64,000 nt of DNA from Carcharhinus longimanus (taxonomy: Eukaryota). The DNA is taken from the NCBI GenBank assembly GCA_030264375.1, contig JASCQW010000162.1:58775105-58839104 (forward strand). Direction: 5' to 3'. A program made the translations under genes and the position numbers. This document shows, piece by piece, positions 1 to 12,002 of this stretch (position 1 is its first letter; each line of letters begins with the position of its first letter). The notes under the pieces are model-generated. The model did no database searches, was not told where the DNA came from, and saw nothing but the letters and a program-made list of their open reading frames with translations.

Positions 1-344
1 TGATATAGTGCAAATGGCTTAAAGCCTCCTTGAGCAGCACTGGCTTGAACATGCACGTGGACATGGCATTGCTGTCAATGTGTAGGACGTGCATAGTCTT
101 TGCAAAAGTGAAGGAATCCTTCACTGTGTATATGGTAAAACTCACTCAGAAGTAATTGTAGCAACTTGCCAAACTATTTGTTCAATTCATGTTCTGTAGA
201 ATCAATCATAGATAAAATAGGGTACAAGCGGACATCACTTTGGGCAGTCCATACTTAGTGAACCATAACAAATCATTTTATATAACCACAAGGCAGCTCA
301 TTACTCTTACACAAGTCTAACAAATGCTTTTGTAACTTGTTTAT

Positions 345-840
345 GTGCAGGGCTGTAATGTCATGCTTAGTGGCTTAGTGTATCCAATGGATACAGATTT
401 GGATCCATCACTGAGGACTGTGTGCATTTTATCAATACGGTCGTCTTTGATAGGGCTGACTATTCCGGTCTTTTTTTCCAGCTTGCAAGTGTTGCCCTTG
501 AGAGCAACACTAACGAACATTCACACTGCATGTGAAAATCAGACAAGTGATTGGGCATCCTACACTATGTATGTGTTAGATCAGTGAGGCATGCCTTCAC
601 GGATCCTGGCTTGCGGTGGGATAGCTGAGAACAGACGAGTTCAAACTCAAGCAAATATTTTTCTGTTTGATGTTGGACCAAAGAACACCAAAATTGAAGC
701 CCTATGCAAGGGCAAAAGTGCATGATCAGACAGGTTTACTACATAACTGTCAAATTCTGCTTGAGTGAATTTACAGTGCAAGTGTTTCAAACAGGTATGG
801 TGCAGTCATCTATGTAGATGATATAGCAGCATGAACGGAT
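345..840 (+). mobile_element. Possible very old Gypsy-type pol (RT) remnant
   Basis: Scattered peptides in the expected order: 'DLDPSLRTVC', 'LPLRATL', 'TSDWAS' (cf. PTDWVS), and 'VIYVDDI' near 805-825. Many stops and frameshifts. Confidence 0.3.
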
Positions 841-1249
841 CAAATCAAGAAACAAAAGACCAACACAGCCTTTTAGGTACAATGTGGATTAGTAACCCTA
901 CAACAATTTGTTCAATCTTATCCTACATGAATGCTTGCTCAATCGTGGGCTGTATCTCACTTTATCATTATCAATAAACTTGGAAATGAACACTAGCACA
1001 TCATTGGGTCTAATCACTTACATGTACTCAAGACTACATTCAACCTACATATTGAGAGCAATGCTGTATCTATGTGTTCATGCGATATTGCAATCATATT
1101 CATTAATCTGCCACATATCACATCACTTACCATCGCAAGTTAGATGTGCCATCATGTTCTGAATTGGTATTTGGTGAATTTATGAACTTAACAACTTGTA
1201 CAATTGAATTTAGCTTTAATTACACTATATATTTCCAACACCCATAGAA

Positions 1250-2265
1250 GGTGTTGTTACGATTTCCTTTCTATGACCAATTCCCGCTAATATTTTTATT
1301 TGTTTCCATAAGAAATATGAACTGACCCCTAACTTCCTGTCGCTCACATATTTCTAATATGTAGATGGCATGTTTGCTTCTTCTGAATCTGCATGTAAGA
1401 TTTTCCTTACACACATTAAGGCACTCCATCCCTTGCTCAAATTCATCTTTGAAATGGAGCAGTCTAACTGGATTCAATTCCTCAATGTGCTAGTTGAGAA
1501 ATCCACTATTGTCTACCACAAACCTGCATTCACTGGTCAACAAATGCGTTAGGATTTCTCTAACTCTGTATGTTTCAAGATTTGCTTTATCACAACTTCA
1601 TAAATAGGGCCCAAGCCATTTGCACGCCATGAACCAAAGCTATTCTACAGGATAATGGCCGTCCCCATCACATCATTGCCTGCAGTGCATTGCACATATT
1701 CATGCGTTGGCCATAAGCCGTTGCTATGAGATCTGGAAAGTGCCCAGTCAACTTCAAAAATCTTTGAAGGAATGTTAAAAATCTGAATAACGGGCAAATG
1801 AGTATTGCGGCATATGAATTTTAGTGCCACTGCAATGCCAGGCATGGAGGCTGTACATCCCAGAGTGACAAACCCATGCTTAAAAAACAATGTTTAATGT
1901 TAGATGGAATTGGGCATTATTTGCTGAACAATTACAAGTGTGCTACGAATTAAACCAACAACCAATTTAAGATTGTCAGGCTTGCAATGTGGCTCACTTA
2001 TACTTGCTAGAAGCTGCACATAATCATGTGCAGGGACCTAGCCTCTACAGTGGCAAACAAATATGTTCAGTCATTCCCCCCATTTTGAATAAACAAAAGC
2101 AGAGGGGAACAATGCTCCACGGCATTGATTCAAACAATCAGAGCTGACTTGCCAACCAGTCTGCGTCCTATTTTCTCATGCAGTTATTCCCTTTGAAATT
2201 TGGCATTCTATCTATCCTGATGAATGCAATATGAAAAGCTTCAACAGCATGTCTTTTTTTCCAAT
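1250..2265 (+). mobile_element. Penelope-like element (PLE) remnant: RT C-terminus, GIY-YIG end, 3' terminus
   Basis: ORF 1370-1552 'LHPLLKFIFEMEQSNWIQFLNVLVEK..VYHKPAFTGQ' matches the PLE RT pattern (HP.LKFT.E.E....PFLDV..VYRKPT.TG). It is preceded by YVD at ~1358. 'LLEAAHNHVQGP' near 2003-2040 resembles the GIY-YIG C-terminus. The element ends in a CTGATGA..GAAA motif. Confidence 0.85.
2211..2250 (+). ncRNA. Minimal type I hammerhead ribozyme motif (PLE-associated, probably decayed)
   Basis: CTGATGA (2217-2223), 2-bp stem II AT/gcaat/AT, GAAA (2233-2236), palindromic AAGCTT then C (UUC cleavage triplet). Stem I is only partly paired. Confidence 0.55.
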
Positions 2266-2471
2266 ATTACTGAGGCTAAATTAAGTAAATCCATGATGCT
2301 AGCAGGGAGCCAAGCATTAAGATAATGTAGGATGAAGATTGAGCACTTGAGTTGCAGGTTGCAGCTCTGCAACAATGCTTCTTTTGAGTATAGTTTCCTA
2401 CTAGTAATATTCATTGGGATTGTTTGAACACATATTTCCTCCTGAGGCATTTCTTTCAATTAGAAAATGTG

Positions 2472-2711
2472 TTAGCACAGCAATAGCAATAACAATAAGA
2501 CTGGTAATAAGAATAACCCAAAAAATACAATAGCTTTGAAGACAGCCTTGTTCCTTTCATCTGGCAAATGCTTGCCATCCTCTTTTCTTCCTGGTTCACT
2601 CAAAGAAGAAGAGTTTTTGCTTTGGGCGCAATTTTTAATTTCAGCATAAATTGCATCAAAAGTCTTGTCCATATTGAAACTTCTTTTCTCCAAGTTTACA
2701 TTCAAAATTTG
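2472..2711 (-). CDS. Candidate terminal exon ending in a hydrophobic (tail-anchor-like) segment; unassigned
   Basis: 79 open codons after a weak catag acceptor: QILNVNLEKRSFNMDKTFDAIYAEIKNC...RNKAVFKAIVFFGLFLLPVLLLLLLLC*. No homolog recognised. Confidence 0.2.
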   Translation of the reverse strand, partial: QILNVNLEKRSFNMDKTFDAIYAEIKNCAQSKNSSSLSEPGRKEDGKHLPDERNKAVFKAIVFFGLFLLPVLLLLLLLC

Positions 2712-2884
2712 CTATGAATCAGCTCAGCTGGGTAAAGTCTTAAAATGTAATAATTATCAACATATTTTCACTTCCAAAAATATCCCTCAAGATAAAACTT
2801 GATGAAGTCAACATATAGCACAAAAGTAAGAATTTTAAGTCACAAAGCTAATCTACCATTTGGTGGTAATCTGTTTTGAGAGAA

Positions 2885-3232
2885 GATGGTTGTATTGTCA
2901 CTGGACTAGTAATCCAGTGATCCAGGATAATGCTTAGGGACCTGGGTTCAAATTTCACCTTGGCAGATGTGAAATGTGAATTCAAAAAACATCTGGAATT
3001 GAAAGTCTAATGATAACCACAAAACCATCATCGATTGTCGCAGAAACCCATCTAGTTCACAAATGTCCTTTCGGTGGGGAAAGCTACCTTCCTTACCTGG
3101 TCTGGTCTACATGTGGCTCCAGATTTACAGCAATGTAGTTTACTTTTAAATGCCCTCTGCACAAGGCAATTAGGGATAGGCAATAAATGTGGGCCTAACC
3201 AGCAATGCCCACATTCCACGAATGATTAAAAC
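2885..3232 (+). mobile_element. tRNA-headed SINE with Crack/L2-like LINE tail
   Basis: B-box-like 'gggttcaaat'. Its 3' tail 'ggcaattagggataggcaataaatgtgggcctaaccagc' is shared with the LINE ends at ~7970-8020 and ~17615-17670. Paralogs lie at 10345 and 36035. Confidence 0.85.
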
Positions 3233-3714
3233 AAATGCCTGAAAACTAGTATAAAGATTTAAAACTATTTTTGATGGAGATATTGCAGTGAGTTATTTAT
3301 TGAACCTATTAATATTTTTGCACCTTATTTTGGGAGACTCCTTGAAAGCCTGCAAATAATTTAAGTAAAAATTAATGGGCAGGAGTTGGAGGGAGGTCTG
3401 CTTCTAGTGTTATGTTTCTTAAGTCAGACCAAAGCTTTGAAGAAATTTGAATTACGTTATACGCTATTTTCACTTAAATGTTGCGATTCTTTTGGATCGG
3501 TTATACTAATATTGGGGCATTGGTGCAGATGATACCAATGCAATCAAACAGAAACTCTCAGCCAATGTTTTATCACAGCAATGCAGTTGAGACTAGGTTC
3601 TGCAGACCTGAACGAAAGGGACAATTGACCTTTCAACTTTCTGTTCCAATGCACTGGTCCACTGTGCTTGCTTGGTCTTACTTCCCTGTAGCAGAATCTA
3701 TTATTCTCTCTCAC

Positions 3715-3999
3715 CTTTGAGCTATCACCAGACTGAGTATGGAAAACAACTCTGTAACATAGTTTTTGTGTGACGTGCTTAATATTTCACCACAAGACAC
3801 CCCAGAATTATTACCACACATGATTCGTTGATAAGAATGAATCAGATATATATTTGAATTCCTCTGTTCAGCTACAATCCAGGCTTGAAAGACAAAATGT
3901 ATCATTGTATTGTTGGATGTTTTCACATTCACATTCAACATAGTCCTGACTTTCAGACATTGAACATTACAATTTACTGATATCTTCATGACAATCTGC
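3715..3999 (-). CDS. Candidate internal exon (285 nt, phase 2-2); unassigned
   Basis: Acceptor 'aatttttcag|g', donor 'aag|gtgaga', one fully open frame (QIVMKISVNC...LVIAQR). No recognised homology. Confidence 0.25.
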
Positions 4000-4543
4000 C
4001 TGAAAAATTCTGCTCTATAACCAGCCACTAAAGACTGTAGAAGACTGGCTTGGATTAACCGACCTTTTAACTTTCCAACTCTTATTGGGAAATTTTTATG
4101 TCTGGCTGGTGATTAGCCAACTGCGTGACAGAAAATCACCATGTGAGAAACTGTGAATGTAAAACCCACATTATTTGACACAATCATTGGTGTCATTACT
4201 TGAACATTATCTCATCTTCAAAGTGTCACTTCCATCCTTTCTGCAGTGGAAGAAATCAACTACTTTTTGACCTCTTTCACTTAAACTTTTTTCCTCAATA
4301 AATTGATACCATCACACAGTATCATGCTTACCACACCATTATTCATCACAATTGTCATCAGGAATCACCAGGCATAGAAGGAAGAGTGATTATCAGCTGA
4401 AAGCATTGATCGATCCAAGTATTTTGCCCATAACCTGTGTTTTTCTTCCCACTATCTTCCCAGTAAAGGAATTCACTGGGTTAGATTTGATAATATTAGG
4501 GAATGTCCAACTGGTGCATTCAGCCTGAATAGATGTGTGAAAT

Positions 4544-4852
4544 GGGGCAGCATGGTGGCACCACGGTTAGCACTCAAAGCGCCAGGGACCTAGGTTCAAT
4601 TCCCAGCTTGAGTCACTGTCTGTGTGAAGTTTGCACATTCTCTCTGTGTCTGCATGAGTTTCCTCTAGGAGCTTCAGTTTCCTCTGCAATCCAAATATAC
4701 GCAGGATTGGCTATGCTAAATTGCCCCTTAGTGTCAGGGGAAACTAGCTAGCGTAAATGCAAGGGGTTATGGGGATAGGACCTGGGTGGGATTGTGGTTG
4801 GTGCAGACTCAATGGGCTGAATGGCTTCCTTCTGCCCTGTAGGGATTCTGTG
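4544..4852 (+). mobile_element. HE1-type V-SINE
   Basis: tRNA-like head (ggtggca..ggttagcact; ggttcaattcc), V-domain 'ctgtgtgaagtttgcacattctc', CR1-like tail 'gactcaatgggctgaatggcttccttctg..gggattct'. Confidence 0.92.
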
Positions 4853-5636
4853 AATAATTATGCATCGAAGTAGAACTGAATCATACTCATTTAGTTTAAG
4901 GTGGGCATTGCGGGCAAAGTCAAAATGCAAGCATCTGGTGCATCTCTCATTAGTCGACAGTCCAAATCTCTGTTCCAACAATGATGCAGGGTTATTGTTT
5001 TCACTATTGCTCTGGATAAGAGTGGCATAGTCCTTGCCTGAATGCTCTACATTGTACTTGCTATTTTGAATGGTGGAGGTCAAATAAGCAGAGGGGCGTT
5101 TTTCATCAGAAACTCCCTGCTAATTTTGTGATGACTCAAGAAAGCATGTTAACTTTCAAAGATCGCAAAAACAAAACCTTTGGTTAGACAACAGACTATC
5201 GGATGATCTAATACACCAAAAGTCTTTTTTTAAAACACTCATTTATACCACTGAGTAATACAGAAACCACATTAAAGGAAAAACCCTCTCAATTTGTTGC
5301 TTACTACAAAGGCCAAGTTTCCCCCACTTATTCTTGTATTTTTGGTACTTTTGGGGGTTGACTTCTCTATGGAGGCTGCTGACTGTTGCTATTGGCTCTA
5401 TTTGTTCTTCTGTACCTCATCAAAGTTAACCTTGTCAGTGAATGTTTGCTGGCTAGTTAGCTGTTTAAGGCATTATAGTCACGCCTTTCCTGTCTTGCCT
5501 GATAGTCCCACCCAACTAGTTTCCACTAGAATCGACAGGACATTGATCTGATGTATGAGCCCTGTCTGATTTCCTCCCGCTTCTCCATAGACTTTAGCTG
5601 CTGAGGCTGATTGTAGCACCTGATGGTTACTCTGGC

Positions 5637-5811
5637 TGGTAGCTTTCTCAGTAAAAAGTCTGACAACACCAGGTTTAAGTCCAACTGATTTATTTGATAG
5701 TAAACTCACTATCAAATAAATTGGTTGGACTTAAACCTGGTGTTGTCAGACTTTTTACTGTGTTTACCCAAGTCCGACGCCGGCATATCCACATCATGGT
5801 AGCTTTCTCAG
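5637..5811 (+). mobile_element. Short fold-back (palindromic) insertion with 15-bp TSD, probably non-autonomous Penelope-derived
   Basis: 53-bp arms at 5649-5701 and 5708-5760 (2 mismatches, 6-nt loop). Tail 'tgtttacccaagtccgacgccggcatatccacatca'. Direct repeat tggtagctttctcag at 5637-5651 and 5797-5811. Confidence 0.85.
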
Positions 5812-5840
5812 CATAGACTGGGCATTAATCTGGTCTGCTT

Positions 5841-6630
5841 TATAGAGTCATATAGTCTGTTATGGCACAGAAGGAAGCACTTGGACTCAGAGTCTATGCC
5901 ATATCTCTGGAACAATCCAATCAGTCCCATTCCTTTGTTTGAACCCCATACCCTATAAGTTCATTTTCCTCAAATGCCTATCCAGTTTCCTTTTGAAATC
6001 ATTAATCATCTCCACTTCTACCATTCTTTGGGCCATGAGTTCCAGTTCATTGACACTTGCTATTTAAAAAAAAAAATTTTCCCTTCATTGCCTCTTCATC
6101 TGTTGCTCCAAAACCTTAAATCTGTATCCGCAAGTCTTTGTACCTAAGCTAATAGAAACAGCTTTTCCTTGTCGATCTTATCCACACTTGTCAGAATCTT
6201 GTACACCTCTATCTCTTCAATCTATTTTTCTTCAGGGAGAACAATCCCAGCTTCACCAACCTAACCTTTGTAACTAAAATCCCCTAATCCTGGAACCATT
6301 CTAGTAAATCCCCTCTGTACTGTCTCAAAGACCCTCACGTTCTGCTGAAAGTGTGGTGACCAGAACTGGACACGCTTCTAATTCTGACCTCTCAGTTCAG
6401 AATACTTTCCTGATTTTGTACCCATGTCTCTATTATGAAGCCCCAAGATGCCGTATGCTTTGCTAACTGCTCCCTCAATATGTCTTACCACTTTCATTGA
6501 TGCAGCTCCCTCTGTCCCTGCCCTCTCTTTAGGGCTGTGCCATTAACCCTGTATTGCCTCTCCCTATCCCACCAGCCAAAATGCATCACCTCAAACTTCT
6601 CTGTATTAAATTCCATCTACCACTTGTCTT
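5841..6630 (-). mobile_element. CR1-clade LINE, 3' part (decayed)
   Basis: Reverse complement of CR1 ORF2 C-terminal motifs ('gtgtggtgaccagaactggac' = VQFWSPH; 'cttgtacacctctatc') and a CR1 3' UTR. Confidence 0.85.
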
Positions 6631-7392
6631 ATTTTTGGTTTTTATGTCTGTTTCACTTCTCACTCCTTTATGTTGTCCTAACCTGTTGGTACAGTAGGGT
6701 ACCCCTACCCACCAAGCACTTGCCCATCATTTTCCTTGCGTCTATTTCGAAAGACACTGACCGTCACTTTAGCTACCGTGGTAGATGGCACCCCTGCCTC
6801 CAGCACCAGAGATAGTGGTGCATCATCCTCACTGTATCCTGTGGCACAATAATCATATTTACTGTAAAAAGCTTTGTGCTGTTATTAACACCCTGAATTC
6901 ATAGCCTCTTTCGGTGCTTTTAAGATTTTCAACAATTCTGATTGCCCCTACGATTTCCCCTTCGGTGCAACTGTCCTGGAAATTCCAGACCATTCAGCTG
7001 GACATCGATTCAAGATGAAATATTAAGTGCTGTCTTGAGAAATTTTATTGTGGAACACTTCGAGATGCATGACATTTTCAGGGCACATCAGGGAGTTTCC
7101 TAAAATGGACTCATTTTGAAGTCATGCATTCTGTCATAGTACCTTGATATTATGTGATAATTTATAACTAATTAGTGAAACTTGCAGCAGTTTTGGAAGC
7201 AGAGGGGTAGATTTGGAGCAGAGGCGTTTCTCTGCAGTACAGCCTGCAGAGCTGGGAGATGTAGAACTGAGGTGTGACATTGTCACCACTGGCAGCAGGC
7301 TGACGTTATGGTTTGACTAGTTTACAGAGGCAGTTTCCATTAGAAATATGGAAGGGGATTTTACAGTGGCGGAATGTTGACAAGGCAAGTGC

Positions 7393-8028
7393 ATGTACTA
7401 CCATCACACTTAACATCCTGGGGATTACCATTGATCAAAAACTGAACTGGATTAGCCATATAAATGTTGTGGTTCTAAGAGCAGGTCAGAGGCTAAGAAT
7501 CCTGCGGCAAGTAACTCACCTCCTGATTCTCAAAGCTTGTCCGCCATCTACCAGGCACAAATCAGGAGTGTGATGGAATACTCCTCACTTGCCTGGACAG
7601 GCGCAGTTCCAACAACATTCGAGATGCTTAACTCCATCCAGAACAAAGCCGCCCATTTGATTGGCACCCCAGCCACAAACATTCACTTCCTCTACCACCA
7701 ACAAACAGTAGCAGCAGTATGTACCATCTACAAGATGTACTTTGGGGCTCCTTAGGCAGCATTCATGACCATTTTTATCTAGAAGAACAAGAGCAAGTTC
7801 TCCAAGTCACAAACCACCTATGCTTGGAAACATATCACTATTCCTTCACTGTCGCTGGGTCCAAATCCTGGAACTCCCTTCCTAACAGCACTGTGGGCGT
7901 AACTATACCACGTGGATTAATTCAGGAAGGCACTTGAATTAACTTGCAGTTAACTATCATCTTCTCAAGGGCAATTAGGGATGAGCAATAAATGCTGGCC
8001 TAGCCAACAAAGCCCATGAATAGAAAAA
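7393..8028 (+). mobile_element. Crack/L2-like LINE, 3' fragment
   Basis: 'ILGITIDQKLNWISHIN', 'AIYQAQIRSVMEYSSLAW' and the family 3' tail with AATAAA. Confidence 0.88.
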
Positions 8029-8419
8029 CGATTTTTAATAGGGCCATTCATATCCTCTAAATAACCCAAAACCCAATTCAGAATATAAATGACTTTGAAA
8101 GTGTACTCTTATTCATGCTCAAGGCAAGAAGTGGAACCTGAGCCTAAGATCTTCTGTTACAAAGCAGAGTGCTACAGAATCAACAAAGTGATAGTTTTAA
8201 AATTCAATTCATCATAACAAATAGAATCAATTTATAATACCAGCTGTAATAAATTTCCTACTGTAGTTCTCCACAATCTTAATTTTTGGATAAAAATGTT
8301 ATCTTTTTCCCAATTTTGCAGTGTTTCACATGCAGCCACTGGTATTTAAAGTATTCATTTGGTAAACATATCCTGGATCAATTGGATCAAACTGATTATG
8401 GACAATGAAATAGACAAGC

Positions 8420-10239
8420 TGTAAAAATAAGTTTTGGATTGGGGGAGAGCAGATTTTAGCAAAATAAGGCAGGATCTGGCCATGATGGACTGGAAATAGA
8501 TACTCATGGGAAAATCTACAGAAGAGCAGTGGGAGACATTCAAAAAGGAAATGGAGAGGGTGCAAGCCCAGTACCTTCCCTCTGGGGTGATAGGAAGAAA
8601 TAACAAGCCCAGAGAACCATGGATGATCAGAGATATTTAGGATGCAATGAGAAGGAAAAGAAAGGCTTTTAAAAAGTACAAGGGAAGTGAATCAGTGGAG
8701 GCATTAGTGAAATATAGAAAGTGCAGGGTGATGCTTATAAAAACAATTAGGAATGCAAAGAGGGGATATGAGAAAGCTCTGGCTGGTAAAAGTAGGGAAA
8801 ATGCCAAGATATTCTAAAAGTATATCAATGGGAAGAGGATAACCAGGGAAAGAGTAGGACCTATTTGAGACCAAGAAGGCAAGAGGACATTGGTAGAGTG
8901 TTGAATGAATACTTCACATTTATCTTCACCCAAGAGAATGAGGATGATGATATGGAATTCAGTGAGGGAGAGAGACTGTGAAGTTCTTGAGCAAATTGAC
9001 ATAAAGAAGGACAAGATATTAGAGGTGTTGGCAACCTTAAAATTGGATAAATCTGCAGATCCAGATGAATTGTGCCCTAGGCTGCTGTGGGAGGCAAAGG
9101 AGGAGATTGCAGGGGCTCTGACACAAATTTTCAATTCCTCTCGGCCACGGGGGAGGTGCCAGATGACTGGAGAACAGTTAGTGTGGTTCTGCTATTTAAG
9201 AAGGGTTGTAGACCTAAACCAGGTAACTAAAGACCAGTGAGTTTCATGTCAGTGATAGGGAAACTATTAGATGCTCTTCTGAAGGAGAGCATCTATCTCC
9301 ATTTGGAAAAGCAAAGCTTGATCAGGGATAGTCAGCATGGCTTTGTTAGAGGGAAGTCATGCCTAACAAATTTGATTTAATTTTTTGAGATGGTGGTCAG
9401 GTGTGTAGATGAGGGTAGTGCAGTTGATGTAGTTTAATGGATTTCAGCAAAGCCTTTGACAAGGTCCCACGTGAGAGACATATAAAGAAGGTAAATTCAC
9501 ATGGGATACGGAGCAATTTGATTCGAAATGGGCTCAGTTATAGGAGGCAGATGGTGATGACAGAAGGCTGCTTTAGTGACTGGAAGCCAGTTCCAGTGGC
9601 GTACCACAGGGATATGTGTTGGGGCTGCCTATTATTTGTCACTTATATGAATGACATTGATGACAGTGTGGGGGGTAGGATTAGTAAGTTTGCGGATGAC
9701 ACAAAGCTTCGGGTGGTTACCAGTGAGGCAGAGTGTCTTGGGCAACAGAAGATATAGATTGAATGGGCAGATAAGTGGCAGATGAAATTTAACCCTGAAA
9801 TGCATGAGGTGAAACACTTTGGAAGGAGTAATTTGACAAGAAAATACTCAATGGATGGTAGAACACTAGGAAGTTCTTTGGAATAAAGAGACCTTGGCAT
9901 GTTAAGGGTTATGGGGAGAAAGTGGGAAAGTGGAACTGAGCCACTTCAGATCAGCTATGATCTTATTGAATGGTGGAGCAGGCTCGAAGGGCTAGATGGC
10001 CGACTCCTGCTCCTATTTCTTATGTTCTTATGTTTGTTCGCAGATGTCTGAAGGCAGTGAAAACAGAAGGGTGTGTTAGTAGGGTGGTGTAAAAGAAATC
10101 TGGGACACTTGCCTTTATTGAGGCATAGATTACAAAAGTAGGGAAGTCATGTTGGAGTTGTATAGAACTATGGTGAGGCCATAACTGGAGTAATGTGTGC
10201 AGTTCTGGTCACCACGTTATCAGAAGGACGTTAATTGCA
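8420..10239 (+). mobile_element. CR1 LINE ORF2 (RT) remnant
   Basis: 'LKLDKSADPDELCPRLLWE', 'SQHGFVRGKSCLTNL', 'MDFSKAFDKVP', 'ISKFADDTK', 'QFWSPRYQKD'. Runs into an N-gap. Confidence 0.95.
9905..10033 (+). mobile_element. Short CR1 3'-end fragment nested in the older CR1
   Basis: 'cagatcagctatgatcttattgaatggtggagcaggctcgaagggctagatgg..(ttcttatg)n' interrupts the RT C-terminal region. The same end occurs at ~60500-60580. Confidence 0.8.
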
Positions 10240-10339
10240 NNNNNNNNNNNNNNNNNNNNNNNNNNNNNNNNNNNNNNNNNNNNNNNNNNNNNNNNNNNNN
10301 NNNNNNNNNNNNNNNNNNNNNNNNNNNNNNNNNNNNNNN
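10240..10339. other. Assembly gap (others: 16063-16162, 45498-45782, ~46704-46723, 46956-46965, 60398-60497)
   Basis: N runs; all fall in or next to high-copy repeats. Confidence 0.99.
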
Positions 10340-10344
10340 ATTTT

Positions 10345-10680
10345 TTTTTTTTAAATTCTTTCATAGATGCGGGTGTTGCTGCCTGGGCAAACATTTATTG
10401 CCCTCCCTAATTGTCCTTGAGGGAGCATTTAAGACATTGCTGTCCAGAGTCGCATGTAGGCCGGACTGGGCAAGGATGGCGGATTTCCTTCCCTAACTAA
10501 CATTTAGTGAACCAAATGGGTTTTTAAGACAATCCACAATAGTTTCATGGTCATCATTGGACTTTTAATTCAAGAATTTTATTCAATTCAAATTTCACCA
10601 TCTGCCGTGGGTGGGATTTGAACCTGGGCCCCCAGAGTGTTACACTGGGATGTTATTCCAGTGGCAATACCATTAGGTAT
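10345..10680 (-). mobile_element. tRNA-headed SINE with Crack/L2-like tail
   Basis: Reverse-complement paralog of 2885-3232. Confidence 0.85.
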
Positions 10681-10998
10681 ATTACTCGGTCAGCGAGCTG
10701 TCACAGACATGATGGGCCGAATTACCACCTTCTGTGCTGTACCTTTGTGGAGCAAGTAACACAGCAGAACCTGAAATAGAACGGCAAGATGGGTGAGAAG
10801 TTCCAGGCTTAGCAAAGCCAGCGGCAATAATTTGACAATTCACAGAGCATTCTCGTGCTCCTCGTTTTCTGGTATTTAAGCATTTTCCTGCAGTCGCTCA
10901 AATAATAGGGTGGGATGAGGGGCAGCTGGGGTGGGAGGGGGAGGGCAGAGGAATGAAATGTTCTGCTCTCTCTCACTAGTGTCAAAGGCCTGTGTCTG

Positions 10999-11026
10999 GT
11001 AGCCATGGTTACTTTGCCGTGACAAC
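10999..11026. promoter_or_regulatory. Two abutting RFX X-box-like motifs
   Basis: GTAGCCATGGTTAC (10999-11012) immediately followed by TTTGCCGTGACAAC (11013-11026). Both resemble GTTGCCATGGCAAC. Confidence 0.45.
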
Positions 11027-11683
11027 GGACTACAGTGCTTCGCATGTCATCACACTGTAATGTTTTCAGCTATCCATTATCTCATTTAGTTTGTCATCGG
11101 GAATGTAAAATAATAACAAAATAAAAAGTGGCAGCCCCAAGTACTATCACATCGCAGCATGTAGACACAACACCAGTGTTCAGCTTGGCATATCCTTGCT
11201 GTACCTGCCCAAGGGGAGGCTATCATATCATAACCTACAAGATAATTGAATGAAGAATTGATATTATTGACTCTAATAAAAAGCCATTCTTATTACTTTT
11301 ACAAATTACTTGTAATTACGATTGTCTGGAGAGAGAGGCCTATCAATCCAACAGGGACAAATTAAACAGGAATATACAAAACCACTTTCCTCCTGTGATT
11401 TAACTCCTTTCAGTTCAGAGCTCCAGAGATGCAACACTAAGATATTAAAACATATCAGGCAGGCAAGCAGGGAGCTTTGCCCTTCAGCCACCCTGGTGCC
11501 TGCCACAGATAAGAAACTCGGCCACAGCCCGCCAGCCAAGTCCAAACGGGCAAAGTTTCAGCTTGCCCAACACCGAGCGCCCATCGCTCTCCCAATTGGT
11601 TTGGGTTCCACTTGCCCAGTACCAGAGAGCAAAAGCTGACAAAGCCAATGCTCAGGGCACTGCTGAGGTCCAACTAACTAAAA

Positions 11684-12002
11684 CCACGGTGGCACAGTGG
11701 TTAGCACTGCTGCCTCACAGTGCCAGGAACCCGTGTTCGATTCCCGGCTCGGGTTACTGTCTGTGTGGCGTTTGCACATTCTCCTAGTGTTTGCGTGGGT
11801 TTCTTTCGGGTGCTCCGGTTTCTTCCCACAATCCAAAGATGTGCGGATCACATTGATTAGCCGTGCTAAATTGCCCCTTGGTGTCAGGGGGAATAGCTAG
11901 GATAAATACATGGAACTACTAGGATAGGGAGCATGGCGGGATTGTGGTTGGTGCAGACTCAATGGGCTGAATGGCTTCCTTCTGCATTGTAGAATTCTAT
12001 GT
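11684..12002 (+). mobile_element. HE1-type V-SINE
   Basis: 'cacggtggcacagtggttagcactgctgcctcacagtgccagg', V-domain and CR1-like tail. Confidence 0.95.

Noticed and set aside
4544-4620. tRNA-like A/B boxes here and at other SINE heads
   Set aside because: These are SINE promoters; no complete cloverleaf is present, so no tRNA gene was called.
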